Below, piece by piece: positions 19,772-29,691 of a stretch of 64,000 nucleotides of DNA (within the stretch, counting starts at the first letter, position 1; each line of letters begins with the position of its first letter). This DNA is from Nanobdellota archaeon (GTDB lineage: Archaea > Aenigmatarchaeota > Aenigmatarchaeia > Aenigmatarchaeales > SZUA-1535): positions 7-64,006 of the forward strand of contig DQVX01000016.1 in assembly GCA_015661515.1 (NCBI GenBank). Direction: 5' to 3'. The position numbers and the translations under genes were made by a program. The notes under the pieces are model-generated. The model was not told the origin of the DNA, searched no databases, and saw only the letters and a program-made list of their open reading frames with translations.

Positions 19772-21310
19772 TTGGAGAAAAAATCTGCAAAATCATTTAT
19801 TCAGGAAATAGCAAAATTTTGTAAAGAAAAAGGTTTTGTATTCCCTTCTTGCGAAATATATGGAGGTTTTTCAGGATTTTATGATTACGGACCTTTAGGA
19901 GTAGAGTTGAAAAAGAATATAAAAGATGAATGGTGGAACACTTTTGTAAGACAAAGAGATGATGTTGTTGGAATAGATGCTTGCACAATAACACATGCAA
20001 TGGTATGGAAAGCTTCTGGACATGTAGAAAGTTTTACAGATCCGCTTATAGAATGTAAAAAATGTCACAAACGTTTTAGAGCAGATCATTTTATAGAAGA
20101 TTCTTTAGGAATAAGTGTTGATGGTATAACAATTGAGCAGATAAATGAAATAATAGAAAAACATTCATTAAAATGTCCTTATTGTAAAGGTGAGCTTACT
20201 TCTGCAAAAGCATTTAATTTAATGTTCAAAACTTTTGTAGGAGCTGTAGAAGATGAATCAAGCATAGCTTATTTACGACCTGAAACAGCTCAGCTTATGT
20301 TTACAAATTTCAAGCTTGTAATGAAAGCTTCAAGGTTAAAACTTCCATTTGGAATAGCACAAATTGGAAGAGCGTATAGAAATGAAATTTCTCCACGTGA
20401 TTTTCTTTTCAGAATGCGAGAATTTGAGCAAATGGAAATAGAATATTTTGTACATCCTGATAAGCTTAACGATTGTCCTTACCTTAACGAAGAACTTTTG
20501 AATTTTGAGCTTAATGTATATTCTGCTGAAATGCAAAAAAAGGGTGAAAAACATAAAAAAATGAAGTTAAAAGAAGCTTTAGAAAAAGGTATAATAAAAA
20601 CAGCGTGGCATGGTTATTGGCTCGTACTTATGTATAAATGGTTTGTAGATCTTGGAGTAAATCCAGAAAAACTAAGAATAAGACAGCATTTACCAGAAGA
20701 GCTTAGCCATTATGCTTTAGACACGTGGGATATAGAATATGAATTTCCATTTGGGTGGAAAGAAATACATGGCATGGCTAATCGCACAACATATGATCTT
20801 GAAAGACATATGAAATTTAGTGGAAAAGATTTAACGTATTTTGATGAAGAAACAAAAAAGAAAATTGTTCCTTATGTTGTTGCAGAGCCATCGCAAGGTG
20901 TGGATAGAGCATTTTTAGTTTTTATAATAGATGCTTATACAAAAGAAAAAGATCGCATAGTGCTCAAACTTCATCCAAGACTAGCACCTTATAAAGTTGC
21001 TGTATTTCCTTTAGTAAAAAGAGATGGTTTAGATAAAAAAGCAAAAGAAATTCATGAAATGCTTAAAAAAGATTTTACAAGTTTTTATGATGAAAAAGGA
21101 AGTATAGGAAGAAGATATGCGAGACAAGATGAAATAGGAACACCGTTTTGTATAACAATAGATTATCAAACTCTTGAAGATGATACTGTAACAATTAGAG
21201 ATCGAGACACAAAAGAACAGATAAGAGTTAAAGTTTCTGAGCTTAAAAAGATATTATATGAGCTTATCTATAATGGAGTAAAATTCGAAGAAATAAAAAA
21301 GAAACTTTAA
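19772..21310 (+). CDS. glyS: glycine--tRNA ligase (archaeal/eukaryal-type dimeric GlyRS)
   Basis: N-terminal 'FVFPSCEIYGGFSGFYDYGPLGVELKKNIKDEWW' and class II motifs; 512 aa. Confidence 0.9.
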   Translation: MEKKSAKSFIQEIAKFCKEKGFVFPSCEIYGGFSGFYDYGPLGVELKKNIKDEWWNTFVRQRDDVVGIDACTITHAMVWKASGHVESFTDPLIECKKCHKRFRADHFIEDSLGISVDGITIEQINEIIEKHSLKCPYCKGELTSAKAFNLMFKTFVGAVEDESSIAYLRPETAQLMFTNFKLVMKASRLKLPFGIAQIGRAYRNEISPRDFLFRMREFEQMEIEYFVHPDKLNDCPYLNEELLNFELNVYSAEMQKKGEKHKKMKLKEALEKGIIKTAWHGYWLVLMYKWFVDLGVNPEKLRIRQHLPEELSHYALDTWDIEYEFPFGWKEIHGMANRTTYDLERHMKFSGKDLTYFDEETKKKIVPYVVAEPSQGVDRAFLVFIIDAYTKEKDRIVLKLHPRLAPYKVAVFPLVKRDGLDKKAKEIHEMLKKDFTSFYDEKGSIGRRYARQDEIGTPFCITIDYQTLEDDTVTIRDRDTKEQIRVKVSELKKILYELIYNGVKFEEIKKKL

Positions 21311-21344
21311 AAAATCCGTAAACTAATGTAAATATGGTGATATT

Positions 21345-22235
21345 ATGATATGGGTAATAGGTCATAAAAATCCTGATACTGATAGCATAGTTTCAGCTAT
21401 TGTTTATGCTAAAAAAATAAATGCAAAACCAGCAAGAGCAGGAAAGCTCAATCCTGAAACAGAATTTGTCTTACAAAAATTTGGAATTGAAGCACCTGAA
21501 CTTAAAGAAAAAATAGAAAAAAATGAAAAAGTTGTTATTGTAGATACAAATAACAAAGAAGAGCTTATACCAATAGAAGGCGAAATAATTGAAATAATAG
21601 ATCATCATCGTCTTTTTGGAAATCTTAGCACAGCAAATCCAATAGAAGTTTGTATTAAACCAGTTGGTTCAACTTCTACAATTATAGCAGAAAGATTTAT
21701 TAATAATCTTACTAAAGAAGAAGCTGGATTGTTGCTAAGTGGAATTCTTTCAGATACAGTAATTTTTAAATCACCTACAACTACTGAAAAAGACAAAGAA
21801 ATAGCAAAAAAACTTGCTGAAATAGCTGGTATAGAGAACATAGAAAGTTTTGGAATAGAACTTAAATCAAAAGCCTCGCAGCTAAGTGATAATCCAAAAG
21901 AAAATGTTTTAAGAGATTTTAAAATAACAGAAATAAATAACACAAAATTTGGTATAGGGCAAGTAGAAATAATAGGTTATGAAAAAGTAATGGAAAGAAA
22001 ACAAGAATATCTTGAAGCAATGGAAGAGATAAGAAAAGAAAAGAATCTTGATTTTGTACTCTTTATGGTAACAGATATAATTGATGAAGGAACTAAACTT
22101 CTTATTGTAGGAGAAAATCCAGAAAAAATAGCAAAAGCTTTTGAAAAAGAGCTTAAAGATGGCTATATATATCTTCCGAAAGTGATGTCAAGAAAAAAAC
22201 AAATAATGCCAGTGCTTTACGAAAAATTCAAATAA
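21345..22235 (+). CDS. ppaC: manganese-dependent inorganic pyrophosphatase (family II, DHH)
   Basis: 'VIGHKNPDTDSIVSAI' and 'IIDHHR' DHH motifs plus a DHHA2-like C-terminus; 296 aa. Confidence 0.7.
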   Translation: MIWVIGHKNPDTDSIVSAIVYAKKINAKPARAGKLNPETEFVLQKFGIEAPELKEKIEKNEKVVIVDTNNKEELIPIEGEIIEIIDHHRLFGNLSTANPIEVCIKPVGSTSTIIAERFINNLTKEEAGLLLSGILSDTVIFKSPTTTEKDKEIAKKLAEIAGIENIESFGIELKSKASQLSDNPKENVLRDFKITEINNTKFGIGQVEIIGYEKVMERKQEYLEAMEEIRKEKNLDFVLFMVTDIIDEGTKLLIVGENPEKIAKAFEKELKDGYIYLPKVMSRKKQIMPVLYEKFK

Positions 22236-22253
22236 GCATAATGTTACCAAATG

Positions 22254-23543
22254 TTACTTTCCTATTATATTTACATTTTTCATTAAAATAGGGGGGAAAC
22301 AAAGATTTTCGTGCCATTCTTGATTTTTACATATTTCTATTCTATTTTTTATTATATCAAAAAAATCATCATATACAATCCCACCGCTTACAGGAATTAA
22401 TTCTTGATCTGTTTTTATAAACCCAAAAGCTATGTTAAAGCTCATAATACCTTGAGTTGGGTTAGAGAGTTTTGAACCTATAATTTTATATACAAAAATA
22501 CAATTATTCAATTCTTCAATATCAATATCACCTTCTTTTAAAATAATATTATTTGCTTTTACTTCAGGAAGCGAATTATATTTTCTATATGAATTTCCTG
22601 TAGTTTCGACTTCTTCTATATGTGCTGTATAATAATTATGAAGAAAAGATTTTAGTACACCTTTTTCTATTAGTATTGTTTCTCTCGTTTTCAAGCCATC
22701 GCCATCAAAAGCTCTCGATCCAACTCTATGTGGTATTATACCAGAATCTATAAGTGTAAGATTTTCTTTAGCAATAGCTATTTCTGTTTCTTCAAATGCA
22801 CTTTTACCTTTTTGTACAGCATCTGCATATAATTGTTCTACAAGCATTTTCATAAACACACTCCCTGCTATTTCTGGTAAAAGCACTATATCCCATTTCC
22901 CACTTTTTACAGGTTTAGGGTTTTTAAAATTTTTCAAAAGTTGTGTTCTTTTTGAAAAAGTTTCAACATCTTTCAAAAATTTTTCAAAAGTTCTTGAAGA
23001 AAATGTTTTTCTAAAACTTTTTTCTCCACATTTTAGTCTCGCTTCAGCTGAAAGCGTAGTAATTTTTTCATTAATTTCTTGGTTAAATGAAAAAAGAAAT
23101 ATCTCTGAGCAAATAGTTTTTATATTTCCTTTTGGTATTTCCATCTTTGTTATATCAATAATAGAATTTTTGATATCTTTTATTTTTTCCAAATTCATTT
23201 CTTCTATTTTTTTATCATATAAGCATTTCACATTACTTTTCTCATATTTTTCAGGCAACCCAGGAAAAAAATGATCTGGTTTAGAAAGCTTAGCTATTTT
23301 ATATGCAATTCTAATTCCATGTTTAAGCATATTTTCACCTATTCCTGTAAAAGAAAATTTTCCTTGTTTTTTTCCTATTATTACTCTAATACCAACTCCT
23401 GTAAAATCTGTTGTATTTACTATTTCTCTATTTTCTCTCCAAGAAAGCTCATTTATTTTGTCATGTTCTACCCAGATTTCAATATTTTCTACTCCTAACT
23501 TTTTTGCAAATTTAAGAGCTTTTTCAATTTTTTCATAAAACAC
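22254..23543 (-). CDS. pmbA: TldE/PmbA-family metalloprotease modulator (peptidase U62)
   Basis: 429 aa U62-type protein lacking the HExxxH of TldD; overlaps tldD by 11 nt. Confidence 0.7.
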   Translation of the reverse strand: MFYEKIEKALKFAKKLGVENIEIWVEHDKINELSWRENREIVNTTDFTGVGIRVIIGKKQGKFSFTGIGENMLKHGIRIAYKIAKLSKPDHFFPGLPEKYEKSNVKCLYDKKIEEMNLEKIKDIKNSIIDITKMEIPKGNIKTICSEIFLFSFNQEINEKITTLSAEARLKCGEKSFRKTFSSRTFEKFLKDVETFSKRTQLLKNFKNPKPVKSGKWDIVLLPEIAGSVFMKMLVEQLYADAVQKGKSAFEETEIAIAKENLTLIDSGIIPHRVGSRAFDGDGLKTRETILIEKGVLKSFLHNYYTAHIEEVETTGNSYRKYNSLPEVKANNIILKEGDIDIEELNNCIFVYKIIGSKLSNPTQGIMSFNIAFGFIKTDQELIPVSGGIVYDDFFDIIKNRIEICKNQEWHENLCFPPILMKNVNIIGK

Positions 23544-24927
23544 CTATCATCACCTTATTAACTCTGACATGCGGACCCCCGAAACCCACTTTAACTCTTT
23601 GGCCTTCTTTTTTACATCCTAAAAAAATATTAAAATGTAGAGAAAAATCATTTGCTATAGCATCTATAGAGCTAAGAGCTTCTGTCACAAATCCACTTAT
23701 TGGTATTTGAGCAAGCTGTTTTTTTATTTCTCCATTTTCTATCAGATAACATACTCCAGAAGTGAATGTAAAATAGCCTGTAGAAACATTAGTTTCTCCT
23801 CCTTTTGCTCCTATCCCTGAAACATATATTGCTTTTTTTGTATCTTCTATAAGCTCTTCTAATTTATAATCTCCTGGAGACATGAAAAAATTTGTTTGTC
23901 TAACTAATGGAAGCATAAATGCATTTTCAGCTCTTGCATTTCCTGTAGAAGTTGTTGAAAATTTTGCAGCTGTTTCTCTATTATGAAGAAATGATTTAAG
24001 TACACCATTTTTTACAATTTCTGTTTTTCCTTTTTTTACACCTTCATCATCATATGGAACAAAAACTCCATTTTCTTCTACACCACTATCATATATATTT
24101 ACACTCTCAGAAGCTATTTTTTCGCCTAGCATATTTTTTAACAATGAACTTCCAGAAAAAACTAAATCAGCTTCGCATGCATGCCCTAGAGATTCGTGAA
24201 GTAATAAACCTATAGATTTAGGATCTAGAATTACAGGAATTTTTTCTTTTGGTGGAAAGGAAGAATGGAGCATTTTCTCGGTAAGAAAAGATATTTTACG
24301 AACAAATTCACTCCAGTTTTCACTATAAACAAATTCATAGCCTCCTACATTGCTTTTTGTTTCAGAAAGTTTTTGTATTCTTCCATTTTCTTTTGCTACG
24401 GATGTTTGTTTTATTCCTGTGCTTATAAATTTAGTAATAATATCAGCACCGTCTGTTGAAGTGAAATATCTTATTTCTTCCATTTCTCCTAACCATGTTT
24501 CAGATACTTTAATTTTTGCTGAAGTTATAGAAATTTTATTAAGTTCTTCACATATCAAAATTTTTTCTTCAAGAGGAAATTTACATGGATGAAGTTTGAA
24601 GTTTGAGCAAACTTCAGCTTTTTCAGGCTTTCTTTCTGCTAATTCAAAATTAGTACTACATGCTTTTAAAGAAGAAAAGGCATTAGAAATAAGCTTATCT
24701 AAGGATTTTTTATTAAATCCTGTGATACTTGCAAATCCTATTTTTCCATTTTGCATTACTCTTAGCGCTACTGAATATTTTTCTTTTGCTTGTATTTCTT
24801 TTAGTTTTCTATTTTCTGTTTTAATAACAAGAAATCTAAACATATGAACTCTTACATCTGCATAGCTTACAAAGTTTTCAATTTTTTTAATTACATAATT
24901 TCCTATTTCTTTTACTATTTCTTTCAT
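23533..24927 (-). CDS. tldD: TldD-family metalloprotease (peptidase U62)
   Basis: 'LHESLGHACEAD' HExxxH motif; 'GGPHVRVN' Gly-rich C-terminus; 464 aa. Confidence 0.8.
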   Translation of the reverse strand: MKEIVKEIGNYVIKKIENFVSYADVRVHMFRFLVIKTENRKLKEIQAKEKYSVALRVMQNGKIGFASITGFNKKSLDKLISNAFSSLKACSTNFELAERKPEKAEVCSNFKLHPCKFPLEEKILICEELNKISITSAKIKVSETWLGEMEEIRYFTSTDGADIITKFISTGIKQTSVAKENGRIQKLSETKSNVGGYEFVYSENWSEFVRKISFLTEKMLHSSFPPKEKIPVILDPKSIGLLLHESLGHACEADLVFSGSSLLKNMLGEKIASESVNIYDSGVEENGVFVPYDDEGVKKGKTEIVKNGVLKSFLHNRETAAKFSTTSTGNARAENAFMLPLVRQTNFFMSPGDYKLEELIEDTKKAIYVSGIGAKGGETNVSTGYFTFTSGVCYLIENGEIKKQLAQIPISGFVTEALSSIDAIANDFSLHFNIFLGCKKEGQRVKVGFGGPHVRVNKVMIGVL

Positions 24928-24936
24928 AGCTTTACT

Positions 24937-26538
24937 TTACCTCATTTCTCCTTTTTTCCATTGCTCAAGTCTACCTTTTTCTAAAGCAATTCTACTTAAA
25001 AATGTGTGATCTTCTTCAGGAATAGAAACCAAACCTTTTATAGGATCTAAAGCATGTTGCAATATTATTTGCCTTTGTCTTATTACTTCTGGTTCATCTA
25101 TTTTAAATCCATAAAATTCTGGAGGAAGTTCTTCAGGAGGAGTATCTTTTTCTAAGAATTCTTTAATTTTTCTTAAAACTATAATTGTTTGTTGTATAGG
25201 TGCTGAACCACGTTCATATATTATCCAACCATCTTTAAACCCTTTTTGTCTAAGAATGTATAGCAATTTATATACATATTCTTGAGCTTCAGAACCTAAA
25301 GGAATTGGATAATGGGAAGGATTTAAAGGAGAAGGATAAGTTATATGTACAACTTTTAAATATTTTCCAGCGTCTTCAGGAAGATTTTTTATAGCCTCTT
25401 CGGGATCTATACCACAGCTAAGTACATGCTCTATATCAAGTGCCCATGCAGCATAAGGTGTGCCTAAGTTCTTTGCAAGATAATAAAGCTCTTTTGGATG
25501 AGCTATTCTCATCATCCCCTCTTGTCCTTGAGCTGCCATTTGAGTTTCGAAAACTATGTACATTTTATATTTTTCCAAAATAGGTTTAGGATCTTCATGG
25601 ATTCGAGGATTAAAATGTCCCCATATATATTTTGTAGCAACAGCTCCTACCCAAAGCTCAGGATGTTTTATAATTTCTTCATCACTTAACTGCCTTCCTA
25701 CTATACCCATCCATATAGGGTCTTTTTTCTCATTAAGATACTTTGCAACAACATAATAAGCAAATCTTTCTGGACCATAATGAAGATCATAAGAATCAAT
25801 TACCTTAAGACATTCGTTTTTGTAATATTCGATGGCTTTTTCTATAGCTTCTTTTTGGAGTTCTAATTTTTTTATTTCCATTTTTAAATTAGTTTTTTCA
25901 TTTTCATTCTTTTCTTTTTCAAGTTGTTGTTTAAACTCAAGTATTGTTTTTTCTAAAATTTTTTTCTCTTCTTTTTTTCTATCTAATTGGGAAATATGAT
26001 AAGATCTTTCAAATCCCCAAAGAAACTCTTTTATTTTTTCTTCGCTTTCAAAAACAAATTTTTCTAAAAACTTTTCGCTTTCTATAAGCTCTTTTATAGG
26101 TCTTCCCCAAAAATCAACAAGTTTGCTTGGCTGAAATTCACGGAAAAGCATTTGGAATGGTGTATTTTCAGAAGCATGGAAAAGCACATATTTAGCTCCA
26201 AGCTCACCTGCATTTTTCAAGTGTTCTATTAAGCGTTGGTGTGTCATATCGTAAATATCTTTTATTGCAGAATCAAGCATTATAACTTCTCGGCTTGTTG
26301 TAGCAAGCGTTTCTCCATGAAAACCAAAACTTATACCAAAGCGTTTTAGTTCTTCTATACCTTTTCTTAAAAAAGGGTCTTTAAACTCTGTAACAGTATC
26401 TATATCTATTTGTGTAAATGTTACACCATAAGTTAATGCTTGATATCCTTTTCTTACAATTCCAAAAAATTCTTCTTTTTGTCCGCCTGCTCTCCATAAA
26501 CCAGAGCTTATTCCTAATACATAACCCATTTCTCTCAC
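24937..26538 (-). CDS. xylose-isomerase-like TIM-barrel (sugar phosphate isomerase/epimerase / AP-endonuclease-2 fold) protein with a ~100-aa coiled-coil insertion
   Basis: N-terminal half has 'GISFGFHGE' and 'KYVLFHASE'. A Lys/Glu-rich coiled coil follows ('KKEEKKILEKTILEFKQQLEKEKNENEKTNLKMEIKKLELQKE'). The C-terminal half has 'ALDIEHV' and 'VVHITYP', the second set of metal ligands. Confidence 0.4.
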   Translation of the reverse strand: MREMGYVLGISSGLWRAGGQKEEFFGIVRKGYQALTYGVTFTQIDIDTVTEFKDPFLRKGIEELKRFGISFGFHGETLATTSREVIMLDSAIKDIYDMTHQRLIEHLKNAGELGAKYVLFHASENTPFQMLFREFQPSKLVDFWGRPIKELIESEKFLEKFVFESEEKIKEFLWGFERSYHISQLDRKKEEKKILEKTILEFKQQLEKEKNENEKTNLKMEIKKLELQKEAIEKAIEYYKNECLKVIDSYDLHYGPERFAYYVVAKYLNEKKDPIWMGIVGRQLSDEEIIKHPELWVGAVATKYIWGHFNPRIHEDPKPILEKYKMYIVFETQMAAQGQEGMMRIAHPKELYYLAKNLGTPYAAWALDIEHVLSCGIDPEEAIKNLPEDAGKYLKVVHITYPSPLNPSHYPIPLGSEAQEYVYKLLYILRQKGFKDGWIIYERGSAPIQQTIIVLRKIKEFLEKDTPPEELPPEFYGFKIDEPEVIRQRQIILQHALDPIKGLVSIPEEDHTFLSRIALEKGRLEQWKKGEMR

Positions 26539-26539
26539 C

Positions 26540-28084
26540 TTATTTCACTCCAAATTTATCTAATAAAAAGCTTCGAATATCTTCGAAATCACTTCTTACT
26601 TTCGGAAACATATGTTTTTCAATTTGCTCTTTAAATTGGGTTATATAAGGACCTCGCTTTAGTGGATTAGCAATTTTTATTTCAGGAAATATTCCTTCTT
26701 TTTTCTCTTCTTCTTTTTCTTGTTCTTCTTCTGACGCTTCTTTTTTTGTTCCTATTATTTCTTCAATATATTTTTCAAATTCTATTTCTCTACATTTTAA
26801 TTCAAGCATTTTAAGTAGTAAAATATTTTGTGATATAAGATACATTTTGATATCAAAAGTTATATCTTCTATTTCTCCTCCAGGTAATTTAAGTCCAGCA
26901 CGGGCAACATCAATTTCTAAAAACTCATAATACATAAAGTTTGGATTCCAACCGTTCCTTCCATTTAACCAATCTTTAACAATTTCATCTGCAAGCTTAT
27001 CTGCGTATCTTGCATCATTTATAGGAACTATTTTTGCTTTTACTACCTCAAGTTCTTTTGCTTCATCTTTTGGAAGTTTTTTTCTCAAAAAAGGATAAAT
27101 ATCTGCTAATGGTGAAATTTTTAGTTTTTTACCATATAGAATTATATCCCTAACTACAGGATCGTAAGGATATACAAGCTCTTTAAGAGGCGCTCTCTCT
27201 ATAAATCCTAATTCAAACACTCTTAAATTCAACCAAGCCCAAAGCTTAATACAATTAACAAAAGTTGCTTGACCAGAAGATTCAAAAGTTGAAAATGGCA
27301 TTGCTATTCTTTCCGATGGTATTTCTGATCTTAATTTAAGCATTTTATATCGAGCGATATAAGGTTTAAGCCAATTTCTGTATTCTTCTACAAGTTTTTT
27401 TCTTGAATTAACAAGAGCTTGTAATCTTTCATATCTTTCTATAACTTCTCTTCCAAAAAGCTCTTTCCATTCTTTGTAAAGCTTGTTTTTTGTCGCAAGA
27501 ATAACAGCTTCTGCTTTAGATACTTCAAGCTTTTTCGCAATTTCATCAGGATTTTCTTCATCTCCTAATTTCATAAAGTCATAAATTATAGTCGGCCATC
27601 GTGAAACAATTGATCTTAGAGAAACTCCTTCGCCTGTATGAACATCTACTTGATCTACAAAAATAGCTCTTAATCTATGTTCATCATTTCTTTTCAAAGC
27701 ATCTACTATTTCTTTATATTTTCTTAAATCATGAAGTAACATTTCATATTCTCCAACTATTTGAGCTGCTGTAGCAATTCCAACTCTTATTTTTTCTTCA
27801 AGTGTACTTTTTTGAGCTTGAGTTAATTGATAATATTGTGCATGTGTTGGAGAAACTTCAATCCATTCATCCACTTTTTTAACCACCCAATCATCTTTAG
27901 GTAACCAGAATATGAATGAATAAAAAATCCCGGTTGCAGAACCAATAGAGCCTGTGAAGTTTAAAGTAGAAGCGGTACCTATGCTACCTTTTCCTGGTAC
28001 CCAACAATGAAACCATTCAAGCCATTTACTTTTTGGCTCGCTTTTTATTTGTGAGAGATCAAATATAGGCTTTTCAACAACCAT
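26540..28084 (-). CDS. hypothetical all-alpha protein (514 aa), translationally coupled to the TIM-barrel gene
   Basis: Long ORF with no recognisable motif. A 1-nt gap separates its stop from the next start. Acidic 'EEEQEKEEEKKE' stretch near the C-terminus. Confidence 0.5.
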   Translation of the reverse strand: MVVEKPIFDLSQIKSEPKSKWLEWFHCWVPGKGSIGTASTLNFTGSIGSATGIFYSFIFWLPKDDWVVKKVDEWIEVSPTHAQYYQLTQAQKSTLEEKIRVGIATAAQIVGEYEMLLHDLRKYKEIVDALKRNDEHRLRAIFVDQVDVHTGEGVSLRSIVSRWPTIIYDFMKLGDEENPDEIAKKLEVSKAEAVILATKNKLYKEWKELFGREVIERYERLQALVNSRKKLVEEYRNWLKPYIARYKMLKLRSEIPSERIAMPFSTFESSGQATFVNCIKLWAWLNLRVFELGFIERAPLKELVYPYDPVVRDIILYGKKLKISPLADIYPFLRKKLPKDEAKELEVVKAKIVPINDARYADKLADEIVKDWLNGRNGWNPNFMYYEFLEIDVARAGLKLPGGEIEDITFDIKMYLISQNILLLKMLELKCREIEFEKYIEEIIGTKKEASEEEQEKEEEKKEGIFPEIKIANPLKRGPYITQFKEQIEKHMFPKVRSDFEDIRSFLLDKFGVK

Positions 28085-28121
28085 ATATAAATTTAATATT
28101 CTTCAGAATAATAAAATTTAC

Positions 28122-28730
28122 ATGCTTGAACTTTCAAAAGGTGCAGAAGCTATAATTTACAAAAGTGGAAATAAAATAATAAAAGAAAGAATTAAAAAAT
28201 CTTACAGAATACATGAATTAGATGTAAAGCTTAGAAAATATAGAACAAAAATAGAAGCAAAACTTCTAAATGAAGCAAGAAGAGTGGGAGTTAATACACC
28301 AAGAATATTAGAAATTAAAGATTTTTCTATAGTGATGGAATTTATCAATGGAAAAAAAGTAAAAGATATTTTAAATAAAATCAGTCCTGAAGAAAGAGAA
28401 GCTATTTCATTTGAAATAGGTAAAAACATTGGTAAATTACATGCTTATGGAATAGTTCATGGAGATCTTACAACTTCTAATATGATTCTTTCGAAAGGAA
28501 AAGTTTTTTTCATAGATTTTGGTTTAGGATTTTTTTCTAAAAGAATTGAAGATCTTGCTACAGATCTTTCGGTATTAAAAGAATCTTTAAAAGCCACACA
28601 TTATAAATATTTAAATGAGATATGGAATAAAATAATTGAAGGGTATAAAATTTCGAATCCTCAATGGAAAGAAGTTTTAGCTCATTTAAAAAAGGTGGAA
28701 ACACGTGGAAGATATATTAAAAGAAATTAA
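28122..28730 (+). CDS. bud32: Bud32/PRPK-type atypical Ser/Thr kinase (KEOPS subunit)
   Basis: 202 aa; 'GAEAIIYK' Gly loop, catalytic 'IVHGDLTTSNMIL', 'FIDFGLG'. Confidence 0.7.
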   Translation: MLELSKGAEAIIYKSGNKIIKERIKKSYRIHELDVKLRKYRTKIEAKLLNEARRVGVNTPRILEIKDFSIVMEFINGKKVKDILNKISPEEREAISFEIGKNIGKLHAYGIVHGDLTTSNMILSKGKVFFIDFGLGFFSKRIEDLATDLSVLKESLKATHYKYLNEIWNKIIEGYKISNPQWKEVLAHLKKVETRGRYIKRN

Positions 28731-28938
28731 AAAATTATTTGCAATTAAAGGAAAAACTCTAGAAGAAACTCTTGAAAATATAAGTTTCCTTATAATAGTT
28801 TTTTCGGCTATTTTAGTTTCCATAGGTATAGCTCTGGGAAGTTTTTATAAAGGTGTTATTCTTTTAGCAAGTTTAGGTTCATTTACTTTGCTTATAGGAA
28901 TAATAATTTTTGTAATTGCTGAGGTTATGAGAGAATAG
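28705..28938 (+). CDS. small membrane protein (77 aa)
   Basis: Two hydrophobic helices; overlaps the bud32 3' end. Confidence 0.3.
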   Translation: MEDILKEIKKLFAIKGKTLEETLENISFLIIVFSAILVSIGIALGSFYKGVILLASLGSFTLLIGIIIFVIAEVMRE

Positions 28939-29425
28939 TTTTTACTCTTTTTGTTTCATAATATAAAAGCTTTTCTTTGAAATCTTTTCCGAAAGGAGTA
29001 TAATTTCCTATGGTTTTATCTTTTCTTATTACTCTATGACAAGGAATAATGATAAGCATAGGATTATAAGTAAGAGCTTTTATTACTTGATAAATATTTA
29101 ATTTTGTTATATTTGCAAGTTCTGAATAAGTTATTGTTTTTCCAGGCTGTAATTTAAGAAGTGTAGCATATACTTGGTTATATTTATAGCGAGAAACATC
29201 AACTAAAACTTTTTCTCCTTTTAAAACCTTTTCTATTATTTTTTCAAGTTTTTTATCAAGTTCTCTGTTTTCGACTATTTTTGCTTTCAAAGAGTGAAAT
29301 TTTCTTATTTTTTCTGCTCTTGAAATCGCTTTTTCGCGTGTATAATGTAAAGAATATGCTATAGGTTTTTTCTTTTTATAAACGAGCCATACACATTCAA
29401 GTTTATTCCCTAATATTCTTATCAT
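28925..29425 (-). CDS. ogt: methylated-DNA--protein-cysteine methyltransferase (O6-methylguanine-DNA methyltransferase)
   Basis: 'IIIPCHRVI' active-site PCHR motif; preceding HTH 'TYSELANI'. Confidence 0.85.
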   Translation of the reverse strand: MIRILGNKLECVWLVYKKKKPIAYSLHYTREKAISRAEKIRKFHSLKAKIVENRELDKKLEKIIEKVLKGEKVLVDVSRYKYNQVYATLLKLQPGKTITYSELANITKLNIYQVIKALTYNPMLIIIPCHRVIRKDKTIGNYTPFGKDFKEKLLYYETKRVKTILS

Positions 29426-29688
29426 TTTTTATACACACACTTCAGTTTTATTTTGAGAAGTTTATAATTAAGAATTAAATGTATGCATCCTAGAACACTC
29501 ATTAAAATTCCTGCATAGAAATGCACTGTTTTTAATGTTGTTTTATCCATGGCAAAATAATCCCAACTACTTATTTTTGCAATTTTGCCTGAAGGTGATA
29601 TCCACAGCCCTATACCTGTAAATATGAGCATAAAAAATATTACTACAAGTAATAATGAAATAAAAGCTCTTACTTTTTCTATTTCCAT
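29422..29688 (-). CDS. small membrane protein (88 aa)
   Basis: Two TM helices; 4-nt overlaps on both sides give an operon context with the radical SAM gene and ogt. Confidence 0.4.
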   Translation of the reverse strand: MEIEKVRAFISLLLVVIFFMLIFTGIGLWISPSGKIAKISSWDYFAMDKTTLKTVHFYAGILMSVLGCIHLILNYKLLKIKLKCVYKK

Positions 29689-29691
29689 TTA

